Part shown: positions 48,620-55,403 of the stretch, piece after piece
Layout: the number at the start of each line of letters is the position of its first letter
How positions within the stretch are numbered: the stretch's first letter is position 1
The notes under the pieces: model-generated
Seen by the model: the letters and a program-made list of their open reading frames with translations, nothing else
Databases searched by the model: none
What the model was told of the DNA's origin: nothing
Made by a program: the position numbers and the translations under genes
Assembly: GCA_039931635.1 (NCBI GenBank)
Contig: JBDTRO010000105.1
Location: 1 to 55,403 of the forward strand
Direction of reading: 5' to 3'
Origin: Betaproteobacteria bacterium
Lineage (GTDB): Bacteria; Pseudomonadota; Gammaproteobacteria; Burkholderiales; SG8-39
DNA: 55,403 nt

Positions 48620-49612
48620 TCAAAGGCCGAGAAAGCGCCGGGCGTTAGCCGAGGTGATGGCGGTGATTGCGCCTGAATCCAGTCCCGATTTTTCCAGGCT
48701 GCCCAAAGGGTCGTTGTCGCCCATGTTGAACGGATAGTCGCTGCCGAGGCAGACCTGCGAGCTGCCGAAGCTGTCGATGACGAAGCGCGTCGCCTTAGGG
48801 TCGAATACCAGAGCGTCGTAGAAAAAACGCCGCGCATATACCGCCGGCGATTCGGCCAGCGATTCCTTCGCCTTCGGAATCCTGTTCCAGGCGTGCACCA
48901 GCCGGGGCAGCAGGATGGCGAGCGCGCCGCCGCCGTGGCTGAACGCGATGCGCAGTCTCGGATGGCGCGCGGCAATGCCGCCCGTGATCATGGAGGCGGC
49001 GGCAAGTGCGATATCGCCTGGAAAACACACCGCCTGCTCGGCAAATGCCCCGACGATGCGATCCTGCCCGGCGGGCCGCAGTGCATGCACGAAGACCGCC
49101 GCGCCGGCACTCTCGGCCGCAGCGAAGAACGGTTCGAAGCGCGCGTCGCCGATCGACACGCCGTTGACGTGGCTCGCGATTTCCACGCCGCAAAATTTCA
49201 GCTGCTGCTGGACGAATTCCAGCTCGAGGATCGCGCTGTCCACATCCTGCAGCGGCACCGCGCCCAGGCCGACGAAGCGCTGCGGTGCGAGCGCGACCAT
49301 TGCCGCGATCTGCTCGTTCAGGTAGCGGATCAGGTTGCGGCCATCTTCCAGCGGCAGCCAGTACGACAGCAGTTCAGGCATCGGTGACAGCGCCTGGCGC
49401 TCGACGCGCATGGCGCCCATCGCCTCAATGCGCCGCGGTACGCTCCAGCCGCCATCGGCCACGGTGCGGTAGACCTTGCCGGAAATCATCACGTGCCGGT
49501 GGCAGGCGTGCGCCGCGGCCATCGCGGGCCAGGGCACGTCGCGCCCCTTGCCTGCATAGGCGGGGAAATTTTCGGGGACGACATGCGTATGGATGTCGAT
49601 GCAGCTCGTCAT
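48620..49612 (-). CDS. Amidohydrolase_2 (ACMSD-type) family metal-dependent hydrolase/decarboxylase
   Basis: IDIHTHVVP (HxH), FVHALRP, AFSHGGG and LGSDYPF motifs. Confidence 0.8.
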   Translation of the reverse strand: MTSCIDIHTHVVPENFPAYAGKGRDVPWPAMAAAHACHRHVMISGKVYRTVADGGWSVPRRIEAMGAMRVERQALSPMPELLSYWLPLEDGRNLIRYLNEQIAAMVALAPQRFVGLGAVPLQDVDSAILELEFVQQQLKFCGVEIASHVNGVSIGDARFEPFFAAAESAGAAVFVHALRPAGQDRIVGAFAEQAVCFPGDIALAAASMITGGIAARHPRLRIAFSHGGGALAILLPRLVHAWNRIPKAKESLAESPAVYARRFFYDALVFDPKATRFVIDSFGSSQVCLGSDYPFNMGDNDPLGSLEKSGLDSGAITAITSANARRFLGL

Positions 49613-49613
49613 C

Positions 49614-50966
49614 TCAGTAGTGGAACTCCGCGAACACGACGCGATTTTCCTTCAGCGGCCAGGAGCGGACCACGATGCGCTCGCCGTTCAGGGTAGCCAC
49701 GACGCTGCGTACCGCGGTTTCTTTCAGCTTGAGCTTCGCGGTCGCTATTCCTGCCACGCCGGGAGCCAGGCCCGGCGGGGGGCTGACGCCATCCAGGCTC
49801 ATGTCGTCGCGGCCGACGCCGAGGTAGCCGCGTGGCCGCGTCATGGTGATCACGCTGGTGCCATCCTTGTCGGCAGCCGCGATCCGCGCGGGCCGCAGGT
49901 GGATCAGGCTGGAAGAGCGGGGGAAGGACGGGCGGTAGATGTGCGTCACCGCGAAGCCTTCGGCGCTGATGACGAATTCGTAGCTGGTGTTCGGGCGCGC
50001 GTTGAACGGGCCCCACTGGCCGTCGTCGCCGACGGTTTTCGCGTGCACCGCCTTGCCGAGGCGCTCGCCGGTTTGCGCGGCGGTCTCGTAGATCTCCAGC
50101 GACGCGCCCGCCAGCGGCAGGTTGGTCTGGTTGGCGCCGCGAAAGCCCGTGATCCGGCCATCGAGCACGACCGTGGGCTCGGGCGCGATGCGGGTACGCT
50201 CGGGAAACGCGCCCGTGATGAAGCGATAGGTTTGCGCGAACGCCTCCGGATGGTAGGACACCTCGCGGTGATCGCGTCTCGGCAGTACGACGTTCTCCGC
50301 GCCCTTGAGCGCAGGGCCGTCGAAAGTGACATTTGTCTGCATTTTCGGCTGCCCGACCCAGCGTCCGTCGGGCTGGGCGAATTTGTCGTAATTGTCCGAG
50401 CGCAGCGTCATGAACGCGACGCCGGGCGTCACTTCCAGCCCGTCGGGGCCCTGGGGACTGTTCAGCGCGCTCAGGAACGGCCCTTTGCCGTTGAATTCGT
50501 TGCCGGGCAGGTAGTCGCCCGCCCAGACGCCGTGATTGGGCGTGCCGCCCAGGATCGCGCGCGACACCGTCGCCGCGCCGCCGCCGTTGCGGATGTAGTT
50601 GCGGATCGCGTTGCCGCCGCGCGAGTTGCCGACCAGCACCACTTTCTCCGCGCCGGTGAGCTTGCGCACGCGCTCGACCTCCGCGGCGAGCTGCTGCATG
50701 CTTTCCGCGGCGCTGGTCCGGCCATCCTGCGGCTTGCTGTCGTCGTCGCGCGCGAGCGGGTAGGGCATGTCGAGCGCGAACAGGCGCTCGCGCGGCCAGC
50801 CGCTGGATTCAAAGCGCCAGAGCATCGCGTACCAGAGCGCCGCGGTGTCGCCGTTGCCATGGACGAAGATGATCGGGGTGCTGGAATTGCGGGGCGCATC
50901 GCCCGCGCAGCCGGCGAGCAGCGCCGCCAGCAGCAGGCCGAACAGGGAACGTCGCGTCAGGTTCAT
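49614..50966 (-). CDS. Lipoprotein alpha/beta-hydrolase (lipase-like) with C-terminal beta-rich domain
   Basis: Lipobox [14 protein letters not shown] and the nucleophile elbow GNSRGG. The ~200-aa C-terminal extension is of unknown function. Confidence 0.75.
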   Translation of the reverse strand: MNLTRRSLFGLLLAALLAGCAGDAPRNSSTPIIFVHGNGDTAALWYAMLWRFESSGWPRERLFALDMPYPLARDDDSKPQDGRTSAAESMQQLAAEVERVRKLTGAEKVVLVGNSRGGNAIRNYIRNGGGAATVSRAILGGTPNHGVWAGDYLPGNEFNGKGPFLSALNSPQGPDGLEVTPGVAFMTLRSDNYDKFAQPDGRWVGQPKMQTNVTFDGPALKGAENVVLPRRDHREVSYHPEAFAQTYRFITGAFPERTRIAPEPTVVLDGRITGFRGANQTNLPLAGASLEIYETAAQTGERLGKAVHAKTVGDDGQWGPFNARPNTSYEFVISAEGFAVTHIYRPSFPRSSSLIHLRPARIAAADKDGTSVITMTRPRGYLGVGRDDMSLDGVSPPPGLAPGVAGIATAKLKLKETAVRSVVATLNGERIVVRSWPLKENRVVFAEFHY

Positions 50967-50979
50967 CGGGGGAATCCTT

Positions 50980-51993
50980 TCAGTGCCGGAGGCAGATTTT
51001 GCCGAAGTGGGCGCCGCTTTTCAGGTAGGCCATCGCTTCCTTCAGCTGCTCGAACGGGAACAGCCGGTCGGTGACCGGCTTGAGCTTGTGCTGGTCGATC
51101 GCGCGCAGCATCGCCTCGAAGCCGTCGCGGTTGCCCACCGTGATGCCCTGCAGGCGCACCTGGCGCGTGACCACCAGCCCGAGCGAGGCTGAAAGCATAC
51201 CGCCCGAGAGTACGCCGATCATGGAGAGCATACCGCCGGGCCGGATGCAGCGCAGCGACTGGGGCAGCGTTTTCTCGCCGCCCAGTTCGAGGATGTGGTC
51301 GTAGCCGTGCCCGGCCGTGATATCGCGGGTCGCCTTGTACCACTCTGGTGTCCTGACGTAGTTGATTGCCGCGTCGGCGCCCAGCGCCTTCGCTTTCGCG
51401 ATCTTTTCGTCGCTGGAGGAGATGACGGTGACGTGCGCGCCGCGCAGCTTGGCGAACTGCAGCGCGAACAGTGCCACGCCGCCGGTGCCCTGCACCAGCA
51501 CCCGGGAGCCGGGCCCCAGGTTGTCGTGCGTCACGATGGCGCTCCAGGCTGTCAGGGCGGCGCAGGGCAGCGAGGCGGCCTGCTCGTCCGTGAGGTGCGA
51601 CGGCGCCTTCGACACGCCGTCTTCGGGGAGGACCATGTAGTCGGCCATGGTGCCGTCGACCGGGCCGCCCAGTGATTTCGACAGCCGTTCCACCGTCGGC
51701 TCGCCGCTGATCCAGGCTTGCGCGAAGAGCGGGCATACCCGGTCGCCCGCCCTGGCGCGCTTGACGCCGGCACCTACCTCGAGAACCTCGCCGACGCCAT
51801 CGGAGATCGGGATCAGGGGCAAGGTCCCGGTATGCGAACCATAGCCGCGCATCGGCACCACCAGGTCGCGGTAGTTGAGCGAGGCCGCCTTCATGCGCAG
51901 CAGCACCTGGCCCGGGCCGGGCCGCGGATCGGGGCGCGTGGCGAGCTGCAGGTGCGCCATGTCCCACTCGTCCTGGATCTGGAAGACTCTCAT
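50980..51993 (-). CDS. Zinc-type alcohol dehydrogenase / NADPH:quinone oxidoreductase (MDR family)
   Basis: Start at MRVFQIQDEW (cat 51991-51993). SLNYRD, VLVQGTGGVALFALQFAKLRGA (NAD(P) fold), C-terminal GKICL. Confidence 0.85.
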   Translation of the reverse strand: MRVFQIQDEWDMAHLQLATRPDPRPGPGQVLLRMKAASLNYRDLVVPMRGYGSHTGTLPLIPISDGVGEVLEVGAGVKRARAGDRVCPLFAQAWISGEPTVERLSKSLGGPVDGTMADYMVLPEDGVSKAPSHLTDEQAASLPCAALTAWSAIVTHDNLGPGSRVLVQGTGGVALFALQFAKLRGAHVTVISSSDEKIAKAKALGADAAINYVRTPEWYKATRDITAGHGYDHILELGGEKTLPQSLRCIRPGGMLSMIGVLSGGMLSASLGLVVTRQVRLQGITVGNRDGFEAMLRAIDQHKLKPVTDRLFPFEQLKEAMAYLKSGAHFGKICLRH

Positions 51994-52014
51994 GCGGGCA
52001 TTGTAGTAAAGTAC

Positions 52015-52039
52015 CGATTGTTTGGGGTCCAAACAATCG
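52015..52039. promoter_or_regulatory. Palindrome CGATTGTTTGG-ggt-CCAAACAATCG immediately upstream of the hcrC-like start
   Basis: 11-bp perfect arms (52015-52025 / 52029-52039) ending 2 nt before ATG 52042. Located in the 48-bp divergent intergenic region. Confidence 0.4.
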
Positions 52040-52041
52040 CC

Positions 52042-52527
52042 ATGGCTGCCGTTCCGCAAAGAGTGCACCTGGAGTTCACCGTCAACGGTGAGGCCGCCCC
52101 CGTTTCGTTTGCTCCCTACAAGACGCTGCTCGAAGTCCTGCGCGAGGACCTGAACCTCACCGGAACCAAGCATGGCTGCGAGCTGGGCGAATGCGGCGCC
52201 TGCGCGGTGCTGGTGGACGGCCAGCCGCAACTCTCCTGCCTGGTGCTCGGCGTGGAATGCGCAGGCCGGCATATCGAAACCGTGGAGGGCCTGGCGAAGG
52301 GCGCCGAACTCCATCCGCTGCAGGCTGCCTTCGCCGACCTCGGCGCCGCCCAGTGCGGTTATTGCACGCCGGGCATCCTCATGACGGCGAAAGCCCTGCT
52401 GGATGGAAATTTGAATGTAAATCGAGAACAGATAAAAGAAGCCGTTTCCGGGAATCTCTGCCGCTGCACCGGCTATCAGCAAATCTTCGAAGCCATCGAG
52501 GAAGCTGCCGAGAGGATGAAACCATGA
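52042..52527 (+). CDS. hcrC: [2Fe-2S]-binding small subunit of a xanthine-dehydrogenase-family enzyme (4-hydroxybenzoyl-CoA reductase gamma-like)
   Basis: GCELGECGACAV (plant-type 2Fe-2S) and QCGYCTPG...NLCRCTGY (second 2Fe-2S). Confidence 0.8.
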   Translation: MAAVPQRVHLEFTVNGEAAPVSFAPYKTLLEVLREDLNLTGTKHGCELGECGACAVLVDGQPQLSCLVLGVECAGRHIETVEGLAKGAELHPLQAAFADLGAAQCGYCTPGILMTAKALLDGNLNVNREQIKEAVSGNLCRCTGYQQIFEAIEEAAERMKP

Positions 52528-54953
52528 GCCTCAAAGTCATCGGCAAGGCGCGCCGTCGCGTCGATGGGCGGGCCAAGGTCACCGGCCTGACCAAGTTCGC
52601 AGACGACATTGTTATGCCGCGGATGCTGCATTGCCGGCTGTTGCGTTCGCCGCATCCCCATGCGGAAATTGAATCCATTGATTTTTCAAAAGCCAGAGCT
52701 CTTGCAGGCGTTCATCTCGTCCTCACGGGCGCGGACTTCCCGATCACTTTCGGCATCATGCCGGTGGCGCAGGATGAGTATCCGCTCGCCAACGGCAAAG
52801 TGCGCTATGTCGGTGACCCGGTGGCGGCCGTCATAGCGCGCGATGAACAGATTTGTACCGAGGCATTGGGTTTGATTGAAGTTACCTATAAGACCTTAAA
52901 AACCATAAGCGATCCAACAGAAGCGCTTCAAACAGCCGAACCAAGAATCCATGATTACGGTGAGCAGGGAAACATTCACCGTATCCAGTCTCACGAATTC
53001 GGCGATGTGGATGCAGCGCTGGCGAAATCGGACCACGTGTTCGACGACCTGTTCTTCTACGAAGGCAATACGCACCTGCCGATCGAGCAGCACGCCGCCG
53101 TGGCGGCGCCGGACGGCGAGGGCAAGCTCACGCTCTGGTCGTCGACGCAGGTGCCGCATTACATCCACCGCGCGCTGTCGCGCGCGTTGCAGATGCCGGC
53201 CTCCCACATCCGCGTCATCGCTTGCCCGAACGGCGGCGGCTTCGGCGGCAAGTGCGACTTGCACAACCACGAAATCGTAGTTTCCCGCGCGGCGCTGAAA
53301 CTCGGCCGTCCGGTGAAAATCTGCCTCAACCGCGAAGAGGTGTTCTACATGCACCGCGGCCGGCATCCCGTGATGATGCGCATGCGCACCGGGGTAACGA
53401 AGGACGGCAAGCTCACCGGCATGCACCTGCAGACGCTGCTCGATGGCGGCGGCTACGGTTCCTACGGCCCGGCGAGCACCTTCTACACCGGCGTGCTGCA
53501 GACGGTTACCTACGAGCTGCCGCGCTACAAGTTCGACGCCTGCCGCACTTTCACCAACAAGCCGCCCTGCGGACCCAAACGCGGCCACGGTACGCCGCAG
53601 CCGCGCTTCGGCCAGGAGGTGCAGCTGGACAAGATTGCCGAGAAACTGAAGATGGATCCGGCGGAGTTGCGCCTCGGCATGGTCGCGAAGCCCGATTCGC
53701 TCACCGCCAACTGGCTGAAGATCGGCACCATCGGCCTGGCCGAGTGCATCCGGCAGGTCGTCGCAAAGTCGGATTGGAAGAATCGTCATGGCAGGATGCC
53801 CGCCGGGCGCGGCCTCGGCATCGCCTGCAGTTCGTATCTTTCCGGCGCCGGGCTGCCGATCTACTGGAACAAGATGCCGCATTCCGGCGTGCAGCTGCTC
53901 GCGGACCGCAGCGGCCAGATTACGGTGTTCTGCGGCGCGACCGAAATCGGCCAGGGCTCGGACGACGTCCTGGCCGCGATGGTGGCTGAAGTGCTCGGCA
54001 TCGACCCCTATGAAATTCGCTGCGTGACCGGCGACACGGCGCTCACGCCGGTCGATCTGGGCTCGTATTCGAGCCGGGTTACCGTGATGATGGGCAACGC
54101 CGCGATCCAGGCGGCAGAGAAGCTGAAAGCGCAGATCGCGGAAGCTGCGGCGGAGCAGCTTGAAGTATTGCCATCCCGCCTTTCGTTCTCCTATGGAAAA
54201 GTCTTTGTAGCGGAAAACCCGGACAAATCGCTCACCTTCAAGGAAGCAGTCGAATTCGCGGAAGCCAGGTTCGGGACGCTCGGCGCGGTCGGGTCCTACT
54301 CCCCGCCCCGTGCTCCCGGCCGCTACAAGGGCGCGGGTGTCGGCCCATCGCCGGCCTACTCTTATTCGGCCTGCGTACTGGAAGTGGAGGTGGACCAGGC
54401 CACCGGCTGGATCGCGGTGCCGAAGATCTGGATCGCGCACGACATCGGCCGCACGGTGAACCCGGTGCTCGCGCGGGGACAAGTCGAAGGCAGCGTATAC
54501 ATGGGCCTGGCCGAGGCGCTGATGGAGGAGCAGATATTCCGCCGCCTGCCGCCGAAGATGTCGCACGCGCTGGTGCACAAGATTCCTTCGCTGCTCGAGT
54601 ACAAGAGCCCGACCTCGCTGGACATGCCCGAGATCGACACCATCCTGGTCGAGGACCCGGACCCGAATTGCCCGTTCGGCGCGAAGGAAGCCGGGCAGGG
54701 GCCGCTGCTGCCGGTGATGCCGGCGCTCGCGAACGCGATCTTCGACGCGGTCGGCGTGCGGATAGATGAGCTGCCGATCACGCCAGACAAGGTGCTAAAG
54801 GCCCTCGAACTGAAAGCGGCGGGGAAAAACCCACGCGTCGGCCCGGAGCGCTTTCCCTCGGTGCCGTACCCGAAACCCATCTTCGTCCTGCCGCCCTGGG
54901 AGGGCGGCGACGGCATGGAGTCCAAGCGCGATGATGCGGTTGCCGTGGTTTGA
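52524..54953 (+). CDS. hcrA: Molybdopterin-binding large subunit (4-hydroxybenzoyl-CoA reductase alpha-like)
   Basis: 809 aa. ATGA overlap with the small subunit. VDGRAKVTGLTKFADD, GGGFGGK, EIGQGSDDV, GSYSSRVT and FGAKEAGQG motifs of the aldehyde oxidase/xanthine dehydrogenase family. Confidence 0.8.
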   Translation: MSLKVIGKARRRVDGRAKVTGLTKFADDIVMPRMLHCRLLRSPHPHAEIESIDFSKARALAGVHLVLTGADFPITFGIMPVAQDEYPLANGKVRYVGDPVAAVIARDEQICTEALGLIEVTYKTLKTISDPTEALQTAEPRIHDYGEQGNIHRIQSHEFGDVDAALAKSDHVFDDLFFYEGNTHLPIEQHAAVAAPDGEGKLTLWSSTQVPHYIHRALSRALQMPASHIRVIACPNGGGFGGKCDLHNHEIVVSRAALKLGRPVKICLNREEVFYMHRGRHPVMMRMRTGVTKDGKLTGMHLQTLLDGGGYGSYGPASTFYTGVLQTVTYELPRYKFDACRTFTNKPPCGPKRGHGTPQPRFGQEVQLDKIAEKLKMDPAELRLGMVAKPDSLTANWLKIGTIGLAECIRQVVAKSDWKNRHGRMPAGRGLGIACSSYLSGAGLPIYWNKMPHSGVQLLADRSGQITVFCGATEIGQGSDDVLAAMVAEVLGIDPYEIRCVTGDTALTPVDLGSYSSRVTVMMGNAAIQAAEKLKAQIAEAAAEQLEVLPSRLSFSYGKVFVAENPDKSLTFKEAVEFAEARFGTLGAVGSYSPPRAPGRYKGAGVGPSPAYSYSACVLEVEVDQATGWIAVPKIWIAHDIGRTVNPVLARGQVEGSVYMGLAEALMEEQIFRRLPPKMSHALVHKIPSLLEYKSPTSLDMPEIDTILVEDPDPNCPFGAKEAGQGPLLPVMPALANAIFDAVGVRIDELPITPDKVLKALELKAAGKNPRVGPERFPSVPYPKPIFVLPPWEGGDGMESKRDDAVAVV

Positions 54954-55403
54954 CTACCGCGCGCCGCGCAGCGTCGCGGAAGCAGCGAAGATCCTGGCGG
55001 GCGAAGGCCCCGGCGCGATGCTGATCGCCGGCGGCACCGATCTGCTGCCCAACATGAAGCGCCGCCACCAGACGCCAAAGGTTTTGGTATCTTTAAAGGG
55101 CATTGGTGACTTGAAGAACGTTTCGAACGGATCCGGCATGACGCTGGGTTCTGCTTTGACGCTTACTGAAGTCACAAAAAACGAAAAAGTAAAATCCGAC
55201 TTCACCGCCCTCTACCAGGCGGCCGCCCAAGTGGCGACCGTCCACCTTCGAAACGCCGGCACGCTGGGCGGCAACCTGTGTCTCGATACGCGCTGCAACT
55301 ACTACAACCAGAATTACGAGTGGCGCAAGGCGATCGATTTCTGCCTGAAGAAGGACGGCGACATCTGCTGGGTCGCCACCGCGAGCAAGCGCTGCGTCGC
55401 GGT
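54931..55403 (+). CDS. hcrB: FAD-binding medium subunit with an extra 4-Cys (Fe-S) loop (4-hydroxybenzoyl-CoA reductase beta-like), 3' end outside window
   Basis: My own translation from ATG 54931: MMRLPWFDYRAPRSVAEAAKILAGEGPGAMLIAGGTDLLPNMK...NAGTLGGNLCLDTRCNYYNQNYEWRKAIDFCLKKDGDICWVATASKRCVA. The frame is open to the window edge. Confidence 0.8.
   Translation, partial: MMRLPWFDYRAPRSVAEAAKILAGEGPGAMLIAGGTDLLPNMKRRHQTPKVLVSLKGIGDLKNVSNGSGMTLGSALTLTEVTKNEKVKSDFTALYQAAAQVATVHLRNAGTLGGNLCLDTRCNYYNQNYEWRKAIDFCLKKDGDICWVATASKRCVA

Overview
High-G+C (about two-thirds by eye, not computed), gene-dense chromosomal window. The gene order looks betaproteobacterial: suhB / trmJ-cysE-iscRSUA-hscBA-fdx-iscX, yciB-bolA-ppiC, mutS and ppc. 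I call about 60 protein-coding genes. I recognised no rRNA, tRNA, CRISPR array, IS element, integrase or prophage signature. The left two-thirds is mostly housekeeping: RtcB, 7Fe ferredoxin, a two-subunit aconitase-X, an Mla/MCE-type lipid ABC transporter, MutS, PEP carboxylase, a complete ISC Fe-S assembly operon, MsrA and BolA. The right third (about 39.3-55.4 kb) is an aromatic-CoA catabolic region. It holds boxR-boxC-boxB (aerobic benzoyl-CoA epoxidase pathway), a flavodoxin, a benzoate-CoA ligase, a dienelactone hydrolase, a block of hydrolases/oxidoreductases, and an hcrCAB-type 4-hydroxybenzoyl-CoA reductase. Items most worth a second look: (1) an orphan, translationally coupled pair with no secretion-system genes nearby, namely a DotU/TssL-OmpA membrane protein with DPDATV repeats plus a soluble protein matching only the TssM/IcmF P-loop module; (2) an RHH-PIN toxin-antitoxin pair whose toxin stop codon overlaps the mutS start codon; (3) a box cluster with no boxA, carrying a thiol-dioxygenase-type cupin coupled to boxB and a flavodoxin beside boxR; (4) a response regulator whose HD-GYP domain has lost the HD histidine; (5) short AT-rich, rare-codon islands inside many conserved genes. 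Many long ORFs in the six-frame track are antisense or out-of-frame artefacts of the high G+C content and were not called.
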